Shown here one piece after another: positions 46,338 through 55,976 of a stretch of DNA of 64,000 nt (its first letter is position 1; every line of letters begins with the position of its first letter). The position numbers and the translations under genes are program-made. The DNA is taken from positions 17,934 to 81,933 of the forward strand of contig BDTA01000046.1 in the NCBI GenBank assembly GCA_002897935.1, given 5' to 3'. Under the pieces are notes generated by a model that was not told where the DNA came from, did not search any database, and saw nothing but the letters and a program-made list of their open reading frames with translations. The DNA is from a bacterium BMS3Abin08. GTDB taxonomy: Bacteria > Nitrospirota > Thermodesulfovibrionia > Thermodesulfovibrionales > JdFR-85.

Positions 46338-47786
46338 ATGCTCAGGTCCAGCCTGAAATGGAAATATATTCTTTCAACTCTGCTGATACTGGTTGTCATC
46401 ATTAGTATCTTCTCCTGTTACAACCTCAGATATCAGGAAGATCTTATTACGGAAGATGACGAAAAACGTGTTGAGTTAATTACCGATATTATAAAAAACG
46501 GTCTTTATACCATCATGTTGGAAGGCAGGGGGAGGGAGTTCCAGAAATTCCTTGAATCCCTTATAGCAGAGGATATCAAGGAGGTTCGTATTTTTAACCC
46601 CTCAGACGGAAAAATCCTTGCCTCATCCATCCCCACTGAAATCGGCAAACAGATCTACAAAGAGGATATGTCACGATTCACCACACAACGCTCACCTGAG
46701 GTATTCATACACAGCAGGGAACATGAAACCGTCTATTCCATGATTATGCCGATTATGAATGACAAGCCCTGCCAGAGATGCCACGGCAGCAGTGAAAAAA
46801 TCAGGGGGGTTCTTGATGTTGAAATCTCAATGCATAAGACCGCCAGCCGGATAAAAGAACTCCGTCACAGGACCATTCTGTTTTCTATTCTCACTTTTGT
46901 TTCCCTCTCCTTTGCCCTTGCCATCCTCACAACACTCCTTGTGAATAAACCCGTTGAAGGAATAATACGTACCATGAAAAAGGTCGAGGGTGGTGACCTG
47001 AGCGTCAGATTCAAAACAAAGAGGAAGGACGAGATCGGCCGTCTTGCCAAAACTCTGAACTCGATGCTCACAGAACTTGACAGGGCCAGACAGGAGATAC
47101 AGCGATGCCATATCGACGAGATGAAGAGGGTTGAAAGAATGGCTACTCTTGGGGAGATGGCTGCCGCAATTGCCCATGAGATCAAAAACCCGCTTGCAGG
47201 CATCAGTGGTGCAATACAGGTCATCTCCGAAGACTTCAAAGGTGATGATCCCCGGAAAGAGATTGTAGGTGAGATCCTCAACGAAATCGAGAGGCTGGAT
47301 AAAGCCGTCCGTAACCTGCTCAGTTTTGCAAAGCCTATCAACCCTAAAAAGGAGGTTGTAAATCTGAAAAACCTCCTGGAAAAGACTGTTAATCTTATTT
47401 CTCCCCAGGCTGAAAGGCAAAATGTTAAAATAAAGTTCCAGAATAACCTGACAACAGAAACGGGTACTATCGACCCTGAGCAGATTCAGCAGGTTATCCT
47501 GAATATTATTTTGAATGCCCTGCATTCAATGCCCGGAGGAGGCACTCTCACAGTTGCCGTCAAGGATGCACCCGGCGCTGTTGAGATAGACATATCCGAC
47601 ACGGGTGAGGGTATTCCCCAGGAGGAGTTGAAGAAGATCTTCAAACCCTTCTTCACAACAAGACATACCGGCACAGGGCTTGGACTCGCAATAAGCTGGA
47701 ATATTGTGGAAGCCCATGGTGGAAGGATAGATGTCAGCAGCACCCCGGGGATAGGTTCAAGTTTTACCATCTATCTCCCTGTTTAG
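46338..47786 (+). CDS. Sensor histidine kinase with CxxCH-containing periplasmic domain, HAMP, HisKA, HATPase
   Basis: 482 aa. CQRCH at 46770-46784, just before TM2. H-box AAIAHEIKNPLA, G1 DTGEGI, G2 GTGLGLAI. Confidence 0.9.
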   Translation: MLRSSLKWKYILSTLLILVVIISIFSCYNLRYQEDLITEDDEKRVELITDIIKNGLYTIMLEGRGREFQKFLESLIAEDIKEVRIFNPSDGKILASSIPTEIGKQIYKEDMSRFTTQRSPEVFIHSREHETVYSMIMPIMNDKPCQRCHGSSEKIRGVLDVEISMHKTASRIKELRHRTILFSILTFVSLSFALAILTTLLVNKPVEGIIRTMKKVEGGDLSVRFKTKRKDEIGRLAKTLNSMLTELDRARQEIQRCHIDEMKRVERMATLGEMAAAIAHEIKNPLAGISGAIQVISEDFKGDDPRKEIVGEILNEIERLDKAVRNLLSFAKPINPKKEVVNLKNLLEKTVNLISPQAERQNVKIKFQNNLTTETGTIDPEQIQQVILNIILNALHSMPGGGTLTVAVKDAPGAVEIDISDTGEGIPQEELKKIFKPFFTTRHTGTGLGLAISWNIVEAHGGRIDVSSTPGIGSSFTIYLPV

Positions 47787-47787
47787 T

Positions 47788-47829
47788 CAAGTTCTCGGAC
47801 CAAGGGTCGGAGAGCTTGCCGCTGCAAGG
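47788..47829 (+). repeat. Module B, copy B1 (hairpin aagttctcggacc/ggtcggagagctt)
   Basis: Starts 2 nt after the kinase stop. Similar to the B copies at 48000, 55911 and 57966 (reverse). Confidence 0.7.
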
Positions 47830-47845
47830 AAAAGTTGATTAAACA

Positions 47846-47977
47846 GAGTCTGTGTATAAAGTCGAACAGTTGTCGTTATTCTGTCATTCCGGCTTGTCCG
47901 GAATCTGTCTTTAAGAAGGATTCCCGACGCGTTTCACTTGCGGGAATGACAAATAACAACAGTTTATACACAAACTC
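47846..47977 (+). mobile_element. MITE family A, copy A2 (132 bp)
   Basis: TIRs gagtctgtgtataaa / tttatacacaaactc (14/15). Flanks CA and TA. Confidence 0.88.
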
Positions 47978-47999
47978 TAATTATATTCCTTGCCTTCAT

Positions 48000-48037
48000 C
48001 CCCGGCCAAAGGTCGGGGCCTTCGGCAAGGTGCATTG
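48000..48037 (+). repeat. Module B, copy B2
   Basis: ccccggccaaaggtcgggg is an 8-bp stem with a 3-nt loop, followed by ccttcggcaaggtgcattg. It ends 1 nt before the AAGGAGG RBS of the next gene. Confidence 0.7.
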
Positions 48038-48049
48038 TAAGGAGGTCCC

Positions 48050-49441
48050 TTGCAAAAGGCTACAATTCTGATAATAGACGACGAGAAGCTCCTCAGGTGG
48101 TCTCTTCAGCAGAACTTCCTGAAAGAGGGGTACGAGGTCATCTCGACTGAAAAGGGGATGGAGGGGCTTGAGGTTTTCAAAGAGGAACGGCCTGATATCG
48201 TGCTGCTTGATATCCACCTTCCGGACGTCTCGGGGCTTAACCTTATTGAAGGCTTCAAAGAGATTGACAGAGATGCTATCGTGATAATGATCACCGCCTA
48301 TGGAGATGTTCAGACCGCTGTCAAGGCCATCAAGTCCGGGGCCTATGATTTCATCGAAAAACCATTCAACCTGGATAAGCTCAACATAGTCGTCAAAAAG
48401 GCGCTGGAGACCGTATCCTTAAGAAAAGAAGTAACTCAACTCAAAAACAAACTATCACAGCAGTATGGATTCAACAGCATCATCGGCCAATCCGATGAGA
48501 TAAAGAAGATATTCCAGATCATCCAGAAAGTGGCACAAAGCGATGCGTCCACGGTGCTCATCCAGGGAGAAAGCGGCACAGGAAAGGACCTTGTGGCCAG
48601 GGTAATACATTTTCAGGGCAAGAGAGCCGACATGCCCTTTATGGAGGTTAACTGTACCGCCATGCCGGAATCACTGATCGAAAGTGAACTCTTCGGCTTT
48701 GAAAAAGGGGCGTTCACGGATGCCAAGGCACAGAAGAAGGGGTTGTTCGAACTCTCAGACGGTGGCAGTATCTTTCTTGATGAAATAGGCGATATGAGAC
48801 TGAACACACAGGCAAAGCTCCTCAAGGTCATTGAGAGCAAGACGTTCAAGAGACTCGGGGGTGTGAAGGATGTGAATGTGGATGTCAGAGTTATTGCTGC
48901 CACAAACAAAGACCTCACGGAAGAGGTAAAAAAAGGAAACTTCCGTGAAGATCTCTTTTTCAGACTCAAGGTAATCCCCATCCTGCTCCCCCCCCTCAGG
49001 GTACGAAAGGATGACGTGCTTGCGCTGACAAGCTACTTCATCAATGAGTTTAACAGGGAATTCCGAAAAAACCTCAAGGGGATAACCAAAGAGACCGAGA
49101 AGCTCTTCCTCGAATACCCGTGGCCGGGGAATGTAAGGGAGCTCAAGAATGTTATCGAGCGGGTAATGATACTTGAAAATGATGAGTACATCAAACCCGA
49201 GCACCTGCCGCTGGAGATCACATCGCAAGAGGTAATCCAGCGGGTTAACATGGAGAAGTTTGACATTGACATCCCCCCCGGAGGACTTGATCTTGTGGAA
49301 GTTGAGAAGAAACTCATTAAAGGTGCTCTCGAACTAACAAAGGGTAATCAGACCAGGGCGGCAAAGCTCCTCAAACTCTCTAGGGATGCCTTGAGATACA
49401 GGATGCAGAAATTCGATCTCTTTGAAAAGGACAGTTATTGA
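48050..49441 (+). CDS. Sigma54-dependent response regulator (NtrC/AtoC family)
   Basis: 463 aa, TTG start with AAGGAGG at 48039-48045. Receiver domain, AAA+ domain (GESGTGKD, GAFTDA, ESELFG) and a C-terminal Fis-type HTH. Confidence 0.93.
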   Translation: MQKATILIIDDEKLLRWSLQQNFLKEGYEVISTEKGMEGLEVFKEERPDIVLLDIHLPDVSGLNLIEGFKEIDRDAIVIMITAYGDVQTAVKAIKSGAYDFIEKPFNLDKLNIVVKKALETVSLRKEVTQLKNKLSQQYGFNSIIGQSDEIKKIFQIIQKVAQSDASTVLIQGESGTGKDLVARVIHFQGKRADMPFMEVNCTAMPESLIESELFGFEKGAFTDAKAQKKGLFELSDGGSIFLDEIGDMRLNTQAKLLKVIESKTFKRLGGVKDVNVDVRVIAATNKDLTEEVKKGNFREDLFFRLKVIPILLPPLRVRKDDVLALTSYFINEFNREFRKNLKGITKETEKLFLEYPWPGNVRELKNVIERVMILENDEYIKPEHLPLEITSQEVIQRVNMEKFDIDIPPGGLDLVEVEKKLIKGALELTKGNQTRAAKLLKLSRDALRYRMQKFDLFEKDSY

Positions 49442-49656
49442 AGACATAGACATCCGGTTGCGATACAAATGGTTAAGTTCCATGGTATTATATCCTGAAC
49501 CGAATTCCGGATGGCAGTTATACCGGGCAATATGCCTTGCAATATGAACTACTTAGCATAAAACTTGCATGTTTCTATTAGTTTATGTAAGGGGAACCGT
49601 CTGAATATGCAATTTTATAACAGCATCCTTATGAGTGTATTTGAGGGGGCGACTGC

Positions 49657-50013
49657 ATGAAGGTCATGATTGTGGATGATGAACAGCTTGTAAGATGGTT
49701 CATGGAAAGGGCGCTTAAACGTAAGGGGATCGAGGTAAGCACCGTCTCAAATATCCACGATGCAATGAATCTGATTGAACATGAGACCTTTGATATCATC
49801 TTCACAGACCTCAAAATGCCTGGGGGAAATGGCGCAATACTCGTTGATAAACTGTGTGAAAAGCCCCAAAAAACAAGAGTGGTTGTCTGCTCAGCATACA
49901 TAACCTCTGAAATCTCAAAGGATCTGAAGGGAAAAGGCATATATACCCTTAAAAAACCCTTTAAGCTGAAGGAACTGGAAGATACCATCAAAAAGATAGC
50001 CCCCGATATTTGA
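49657..50013 (+). CDS. Single-domain response regulator
   Basis: 118 aa. MIVDDEQ, FTDLKMPGGNG, LKKPF. Confidence 0.85.
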   Translation: MKVMIVDDEQLVRWFMERALKRKGIEVSTVSNIHDAMNLIEHETFDIIFTDLKMPGGNGAILVDKLCEKPQKTRVVVCSAYITSEISKDLKGKGIYTLKKPFKLKELEDTIKKIAPDI

Positions 50014-50039
50014 CAATTTCCTCCTGTAGCAAATATAAT
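50010..50039 (+). promoter_or_regulatory. Consensus sigma70-type promoter for trxA
   Basis: TTGACA (50010-50015), N18, then TATAAT (50034-50039). The -35 hexamer overlaps the stop of the upstream receiver gene. AGGAGG lies 7 nt before the trxA ATG. Confidence 0.55.
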
Positions 50040-50144
50040 AAAATCCTATTCACAATACACTCGATACACTCAATTGTTTCATATAAAATCCCTTATAACT
50101 CCGGGATTGAAGACCGATAACTAAATTATCTTTAGGAGGTTAAA

Positions 50145-50474
50145 ATGGCTGAAGGGATTATGGAAGTAAGCACCTCGACATGGGATCAGGAGGTACTGAA
50201 GGCTTCAGAGCTGGTTCTTGTGGATTTCTGGGCCGTATGGTGCGGACCATGCAGAATGATAGCTCCAACGGTTGAGGAGATTGCAAAAGAATACTCCGGC
50301 AAACTCAAGGTATGCAAACTCAACACCGACGAAAACCCCGATATCGCAAGCAGATACAAGATAATGGGAATTCCGACACTGATGTTATTCAAAGACGGTG
50401 GAAAGCTTGACCAGATAGTCGGTGCTGTTCCAAAACCGCAACTTAAGGCTAAGATTGATCAGTTTCTTGGTTGA
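50145..50474 (+). CDS. trxA: Thioredoxin
   Basis: 109 aa. WAVWCGPCR active site. Confidence 0.95.
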   Translation: MAEGIMEVSTSTWDQEVLKASELVLVDFWAVWCGPCRMIAPTVEEIAKEYSGKLKVCKLNTDENPDIASRYKIMGIPTLMLFKDGGKLDQIVGAVPKPQLKAKIDQFLG

Positions 50475-50503
50475 GAGAAAACCGGCTAAGGCAGGAGGAG
50501 CGC

Positions 50504-51010
50504 TTGAAGGTTAGAACACCCGTACTGTCCGTTGCGTTACTGTTGATACTCCTGTCCTGTAAAGCCGGGGTCTCCGGACCTGCAAAAGTAGGCCGGCAAG
50601 CCCCATCCTTTTCACTGGATGATATTGAGGGAAGGAGCGTGAGCCTTTCCGACTACAGAAACAAGGTGGTTCTGCTCGAGTTCTGGGCTACATGGTGCCC
50701 GTCGTGCAGGAAATCCGTACCGGAGATGGAGGCAATCTCTATAGTATTCATAGACAAGGATTTTGTCCTAATAGGAATAAATATGGATGAAGGCGGCGAT
50801 GCCAAGGAGCGTGTCCGGGCCTTTGTTCAGAGGTATAATATCTCGTACACCATAGTTACTGACAACGGCGCGGTAAGCAGGTCTTACGGAGTCAGCAGCA
50901 TACCCGCCATCTTCCTTCTTGACCGAAATCACAGGATTAGGAAAAAATATGAGGGCTTTATGCCGGGCATGGGCTCGGAACTGACGAGGCAGGTGGAATC
51001 ATTACTCTGA
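50504..51010 (+). CDS. TlpA/ResA-like thiol:disulfide oxidoreductase, probable lipoprotein
   Basis: WATWCPSCR motif. The ORF opens at 50471, but TTG 50504 follows AGGAGGAG and gives MKVRTPVLSVALLLILLSC with an LLSC lipobox. Confidence 0.82.
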   Translation: MKVRTPVLSVALLLILLSCKAGVSGPAKVGRQAPSFSLDDIEGRSVSLSDYRNKVVLLEFWATWCPSCRKSVPEMEAISIVFIDKDFVLIGINMDEGGDAKERVRAFVQRYNISYTIVTDNGAVSRSYGVSSIPAIFLLDRNHRIRKKYEGFMPGMGSELTRQVESLL

Positions 51011-51046
51011 TAATCAAAGAAATCCGGCACTTTCCCTCCGGCGGCC

Positions 51047-52375
51047 ATGTTTGATTCACTGAGCGAAAGATTAGACGGAATCCTTAAGAAACTCAAAAGC
51101 AGGGGTTATCTCAAGGAAGAGGACATTGATTTGGTCCTGAGAGAGATAAGGCTATCCCTGCTCGAGGCGGATGTAAACTTCAGGGTTGTCAAGGATTTTA
51201 TCGCCCGTGTCAGAGAAAAGGCGGTGGGCAGGGAGATCCTCGAGAGCCTTACCCCCGGACAACAGGTAGTAAAGGTTGTTCATGAGGAGTTGATTTCCCT
51301 CCTTGGTGGAAGCAGCGAGAAGATACAGCTTGCCCCTAACCCCCCGACCGTCATAATGATGGTCGGCCTCCACGGCTCCGGCAAGACAACTACCTCGGCA
51401 AAGCTTGCAAGCCATTTCAAAAAACAGGGCCGGAGGCCTATGCTTGTAGCTGCCGACCTGCAAAGGCCTGCGGCAATTGAACAACTGGTCACCCTCGGCT
51501 CCCAGATAGATGTTCCGGTCTTCAGCTCAAAAGAGGAAAAAGATCCTGAAAAGCTCTGCCGTAACGCCTTGAAACAATCCCGGCTGGATGCAAGGGACGT
51601 TCTGATAGTCGACACGGCAGGCCGCCTGCACATTGACGATGAATTAATGAGCCAGCTCCGGGATATCAGGACATCCGTATCACCTCATGAGGTTCTCTTT
51701 GTTGCCGATGCAATGACCGGACAGGATGCAGTAAACATAGCCGGGAGTTTTGACGAGCAGATCGGCATAGACGGGATAATCCTCACCAAAATGGATGGTG
51801 ATGCCAGGGGTGGAGCGGCTCTCTCGATCAGACACGTCACCGGCAAACCGATCAAGTTTATCGGTACAGGTGAAAAGATAGATATGATCGAGCCCTTCCA
51901 TCCGGACAGGATAGCATCGAGGATCCTCGGAATGGGCGATGTCCTGTCCCTGATAGAAAAGGCACAGGAAACGGTTTCACAGAAGGACGCAGAGCTATTA
52001 CAGAGCAAGATACTCGAGGAGTCGTTCACGCTGGAAGACCTCAAGGAACATCTCAAAAAGATCCGTTCCATGGGCCCCCTGGAGAACATACTCTCCATGA
52101 TACCCGGTATGGGAAAGCAGTTGAAGGGGGTTCAGATAGATGACAGGGAGTTTTCCAGGATAGAGGCGATAATCAATTCCATGACACCAAAAGAACGAAG
52201 ACACCCCCAGGTGTTGAATGGAAGCAGAAAGCGCAGAATTGCCCGCGGCAGCGGGACAACCACAACGGAAGTTAACAGACTTCTCAAGCAGTATAAAGAG
52301 ATGAAAAGGATGCTGAAGATGTTTAAGGGCAAAAGAGGCAAGTCCAGAGGGTTACCTAAATTCCTCCCCTTTTAG
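51047..52375 (+). CDS. ffh: Signal recognition particle protein Ffh
   Basis: 442 aa. [24 protein letters not shown], and a Met-rich M domain. Confidence 0.96.
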   Translation: MFDSLSERLDGILKKLKSRGYLKEEDIDLVLREIRLSLLEADVNFRVVKDFIARVREKAVGREILESLTPGQQVVKVVHEELISLLGGSSEKIQLAPNPPTVIMMVGLHGSGKTTTSAKLASHFKKQGRRPMLVAADLQRPAAIEQLVTLGSQIDVPVFSSKEEKDPEKLCRNALKQSRLDARDVLIVDTAGRLHIDDELMSQLRDIRTSVSPHEVLFVADAMTGQDAVNIAGSFDEQIGIDGIILTKMDGDARGGAALSIRHVTGKPIKFIGTGEKIDMIEPFHPDRIASRILGMGDVLSLIEKAQETVSQKDAELLQSKILEESFTLEDLKEHLKKIRSMGPLENILSMIPGMGKQLKGVQIDDREFSRIEAIINSMTPKERRHPQVLNGSRKRRIARGSGTTTTEVNRLLKQYKEMKRMLKMFKGKRGKSRGLPKFLPF

Positions 52376-52448
52376 CCTTTACTTTCTGATTGATATTATA
52401 TTAAAATGCTATTCGGTTAAATTACAAATACAGCAAGGAGGTGCATCG

Positions 52449-52697
52449 TTGGTTAAGATACGTCTAACGAGAATGGGGGCACACAAGAGACCCTTTTACA
52501 GAATAATTGTAGCTGATTCAAGGGCAAGAAGGGACGGTCCCTTTATCGAGATTATAGGTTACTATGACCCTATGAAAGAGCCTTCGGATATAAAGGTTGA
52601 TGCTGAAAAGGCAAAACGCTGGCTACAGGTTGGTGCTCAACCCACTGATTCCGTCAAACATCTATTTCAACGGGCTGGCCTCGGGACAGCCGAATAA
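52449..52697 (+). CDS. rpsP: 30S ribosomal protein S16
   Basis: 82 aa, TTG start. [24 protein letters not shown]. Confidence 0.95.
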   Translation: MVKIRLTRMGAHKRPFYRIIVADSRARRDGPFIEIIGYYDPMKEPSDIKVDAEKAKRWLQVGAQPTDSVKHLFQRAGLGTAE

Positions 52698-52716
52698 ACC
52701 GCATGGAGGTGGAGAG

Positions 52717-52947
52717 ATGAAAGATTTGGTGGAGAGGATGGCTAAGGCTCTGGTTGACCGACCAGAAGAGGTTTCCGTACAGGAGGTTGACGGTGAAAAG
52801 ACAACGGTATTCGAGCTGAAAGTGGCCCAGAGTGATCTCGGGAAGGTAATCGGCAAGCAGGGCAAAACGGCACGCGCCATGAGGACAATCCTTTCCGCAG
52901 CAGGAACAAAGATCGGTAAGCGCTGCGTCCTTGAAATTCTTGAATAA
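52717..52947 (+). CDS. KH-domain RNA-binding protein (YlqC/UPF0109 family)
   Basis: Internal ATG 52717 ([14 protein letters not shown]...). The [18 protein letters not shown] motif. Conserved position between rpsP and rimM. Confidence 0.88.
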   Translation: MKDLVERMAKALVDRPEEVSVQEVDGEKTTVFELKVAQSDLGKVIGKQGKTARAMRTILSAAGTKIGKRCVLEILE

Positions 52948-53028
52948 TCCCTACTAAATTATTATATACCTGGAAGGGACCATTCCCTTCCGGGTCTTAC
53001 CTTAAACCTCAAAACACCTCCGGATAGA

Positions 53029-53571
53029 ATGTCATCACTTATAACCATCGGCCGCATCATAAAACCTCACGGATTGACCGGAGAACTGACGGTTCGCCCC
53101 CTTACTTATTCAGTTGAACGATTCAACTTACTGAAGAAGATTTACATACTGAAGCATAACATCCCTGTAGAGATACATATTGAGTACTTTACTCCCCACG
53201 GGAAAAACATTATCATAAAGTTCACGGAATTTAACGACAGGGATGCAGTTAATACTCTGAAAGGTCTGGATCTACTTATCCCCGCTGAAGAAAGCCCCCC
53301 CCTGGAGGAAGGCGAGTATTACTTCTACCAGATTATCGGCCTCGAGGTCTTCACAACGGATGGGTCACTTATAGGAAGGGTCACTGATATCATCGAGACG
53401 GGCAGCAATGATGTGTATGTTGTAAAGAAAGCCGGACAGAAAACAGGGGGCTCTCCCTCGGACAGGGACATCTCCGAATACCTGATCCCGGCAATTGAAG
53501 AGGTAATCAGGGAGATAGACCTGAAAAAAAACCGGATCATTATCGAACCTGTCGAGGGGCTGCTTGAATGA
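53029..53571 (+). CDS. rimM: 16S rRNA processing protein RimM
   Basis: 180 aa. [17 protein letters not shown]-terminus and a PRC barrel. Confidence 0.92.
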   Translation: MSSLITIGRIIKPHGLTGELTVRPLTYSVERFNLLKKIYILKHNIPVEIHIEYFTPHGKNIIIKFTEFNDRDAVNTLKGLDLLIPAEESPPLEEGEYYFYQIIGLEVFTTDGSLIGRVTDIIETGSNDVYVVKKAGQKTGGSPSDRDISEYLIPAIEEVIREIDLKKNRIIIEPVEGLLE

Positions 53572-54332
53572 ATGCCGCAATGACATTTGAGGTTCTTACC
53601 ATTTTCCCTGAAATAATCAGATCCTACATCTCTGAAAGCATCATTAAGAGGGCGCTGCAGAGGGGGATAATCGAGGTCGATATCTACAATATAAGAGACT
53701 TTACCGTGGACAGGCACCACAAGGTAGATGACTATCCTTATGGTGGCGGTGCCGGCATGGTCTTAAAACCCGACCCCATATTCAACACGATCGACCATAT
53801 CAGAAAGGACAACAAGGAGAGGCGCATCATACTTCTATCACCGGGGGGCAGGATATTCACCCAGAAGATTGCAGGAGAGTACGCCCTGAGGGGTGAACGT
53901 CTCCTCATGATCGCCGGCAGATATGAGGGGGTGGATGAAAGGATAAAGAACCTCATAGATGAGGAGCTTTCGATAGGTGATTATATTCTGACTGGCGGAG
54001 AACTGCCCTCTTTGGTTATAATAGACGCTATTGCCCGGTTGTTACCAGGTGTACTCGGAGATGAAACCTCTCCTGATGAGGAGTCTTTCTCGGACGGGCT
54101 GCTTGAATACCCTCAATACACAAGGCCATCGGTATTCAGGGGGATGGAGGTTCCAGGGGTTCTCCTCAGCGGGGATCATGAAAAGGTAAGAAGATGGAGG
54201 AGAAAAGAGGCCCTGAGGCTGACACTCTCAAAAAGGCCTGATCTTCTTGTCAGGGTACGACTGAGCAATGAAGACAAAACACTTTTAAAAGAGATCAAGG
54301 AGGAACAAGATGAATCTTATAAGGGCGGTTGA
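53568..54332 (+). CDS. trmD: tRNA (guanine37-N1)-methyltransferase
   Basis: [30 protein letters not shown]. Confidence 0.95.
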   Translation: MNAAMTFEVLTIFPEIIRSYISESIIKRALQRGIIEVDIYNIRDFTVDRHHKVDDYPYGGGAGMVLKPDPIFNTIDHIRKDNKERRIILLSPGGRIFTQKIAGEYALRGERLLMIAGRYEGVDERIKNLIDEELSIGDYILTGGELPSLVIIDAIARLLPGVLGDETSPDEESFSDGLLEYPQYTRPSVFRGMEVPGVLLSGDHEKVRRWRRKEALRLTLSKRPDLLVRVRLSNEDKTLLKEIKEEQDESYKGG

Positions 54333-54663
54333 AGAGGGCTTTAAGAAGGACGTCACCCACTTCGATATCGGTGATACCGTGCGTGTCTATGTGCGGGTTA
54401 TAGAAGGTGACAAGGAGAGGGTACAGCCCTTTGAAGGGTATGTAATTGGCCGCAAGGGAAGCGGTATCAAGGAGACCTTCATGGTGAGAAAGGTCTCATA
54501 TGGTGTAGGCGTTGAAAGAATCTTTCCCGTCCATTCACCTGTAATCGAAAAGCTCGAGGTCGTCAGGAAGGGAGATGTCAGAAGGGCAAAACTCTATTAC
54601 CTGAGAGATAAAAAAGGAAAGGCTGCAAAGATCAAGGAAAAGGACACCTTTAAGAGGAAATAA
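54310..54663 (+). CDS. rplS: 50S ribosomal protein L19
   Basis: 117 aa. [26 protein letters not shown]. Confidence 0.95.
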   Translation: MNLIRAVEEGFKKDVTHFDIGDTVRVYVRVIEGDKERVQPFEGYVIGRKGSGIKETFMVRKVSYGVGVERIFPVHSPVIEKLEVVRKGDVRRAKLYYLRDKKGKAAKIKEKDTFKRK

Positions 54664-54752
54664 CCGGATCCGGAGAGATCGGCAGGCAAAGAAAACCGGA
54701 AAGAAATGGAACCAAGAGATTTGTTTTATAAACACCGTGCCTCTGTGCCTCT

Positions 54753-55424
54753 GTGTTTAATTTTCCACATAAACGTGTGAAGAGCCATAATAATTCTCAA
54801 AAAATCCGTTTAATATCCGACCCCTTTGAATACGACGAGGCACTCAGGGCGGACGGCAGTCCTGTCATCGCCGGCATTGACGAGGCAGGGCGCGGCCCTC
54901 TCGCAGGTCCGGTTGTAGCCGCTGCCGTTGTGCTCCCGTCAGGCACAAAAATAGATGGTCTGAAGGATTCCAAGAAAGTCTCGCCCAAAAAGAGGGAGGC
55001 CCTCTTCTGGGAAGTTCTTTCCGTATCCGCAGATCTGGGAATCGGGGTTATTGAGCCCCGGGACATTGACAGGCTCAACATATACAGGGCTACGCAGCAC
55101 GCCATGTGCATGGCCGTAGAAGACCTCCGCATCAGGCCTGATACGCTTGTTATCGATGCCATGAAACTCCCCCTCCATATAAAACAGATATCCATGCCGC
55201 GGGCGGAAGATGTCAGCGCCTCAGTCGCTGCCGCATCTATCGTTGCAAAGGTAACAAGGGACAGGCTGATGGAGCACTTCCATACCCTCTATCCCCAGTA
55301 TGGCTTTGGAAGACACAAGGGCTATGGCACCCGTGAGCACCTGAAAATGATAGAGGATTACGGCCCCTGCCCGATACACCGCATGAGTTTTGCCCCCCTC
55401 TCTTCTCTGAACCTGCCCTTCTGA
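54753..55424 (+). CDS. rnhB: Ribonuclease HII
   Basis: GIDEAGRGPLAGPVVAAAV and DSKK. The start is uncertain (GTG 54753 or 54777). Confidence 0.9.
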   Translation: MFNFPHKRVKSHNNSQKIRLISDPFEYDEALRADGSPVIAGIDEAGRGPLAGPVVAAAVVLPSGTKIDGLKDSKKVSPKKREALFWEVLSVSADLGIGVIEPRDIDRLNIYRATQHAMCMAVEDLRIRPDTLVIDAMKLPLHIKQISMPRAEDVSASVAAASIVAKVTRDRLMEHFHTLYPQYGFGRHKGYGTREHLKMIEDYGPCPIHRMSFAPLSSLNLPF

Positions 55425-55480
55425 CTTTTATCCTGCGTTTTGTTCAGGATTGCTCCTGCATCGCTGATTATTATATTATA

Positions 55481-55626
55481 GAGTCTGTGTATAAAGCCGA
55501 ACGGTTGTCGTTATTCCGTCATTCCCCTAAAGCGTTCGGGAAATCGTTCTTTAAGAAGGATTCCGCAATCCCGAATGCGTTCGGGGGTGCGGGAATGACT
55601 AATAACTGCTATTTATACACAGACTA
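55481..55626 (+). mobile_element. MITE family A, copy A3 (146 bp)
   Basis: TIRs gagtctgtgtataaa / tttatacacagacta (14/15). TA on both flanks (55479-80, 55627-28). Confidence 0.88.
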
Positions 55627-55637
55627 TAGTTGATATT

Positions 55638-55758
55638 CTCGTAAAAAGTCGTCATTCCCGCGAAAGCGGGAATCCAGGAAGCGTGTAACTATCTGAAAAG
55701 ACTGGATTCCCGTTTCCACGGGAATGACAAAAAAACACTTTTTCAGATTTTTTACGAG
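55638..55758. mobile_element. MITE-like element, family C, copy C1 (121 bp)
   Basis: 10-bp TIRs ctcgtaaaaa / tttttacgag. Internal hairpins gtcattcccgcgaaagcgggaatcc and ggattcccgtttccacgggaatgac. Confidence 0.75.
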
Positions 55759-55910
55759 TCAATCATAGTTAGGCCTGTTGCGAAACCTGAATGCCGGGCA
55801 TCTGTCATTCCTGATCAAGATGATACGGGACCATGAAAGAGGTTCGGCACCTGCCATGAATTTATTACAGGGGTGAAGATTCAGAGTTTCCGCAGCAGAA
55901 ACCAATCAGT

Positions 55911-55955
55911 CAAGCTCTCAGACCAAAGGTCGGGGCTTTCGGCAAGGTGCGTTAT
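55911..55955 (+). repeat. Module B, copy B3, directly upstream of recN
   Basis: caagctctcagaccaaaggtcggggctttcggcaaggtgcgttat is roughly 90% identical by eye to the reverse complement of 57966-58009. Confidence 0.75.
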
Positions 55956-55976
55956 AAAAACAGAAGAGCATACCCC

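Noticed and set aside
49525-49541. Possible sigma54 -24/-12 promoter (GGGCAA-N6-TTGCA) downstream of the NtrC-like gene. A similar TAGCAT-N5-TTGCA lies at about 49554-49569 and TGGCAA...CTGT at 39677-39692.
   Set aside because: The GG-to-GC spacing is off by one in the first candidate. The GG is missing in the second. The third lacks the GC and has no downstream gene on its strand. None meets the invariant GG-N10-GC rule.
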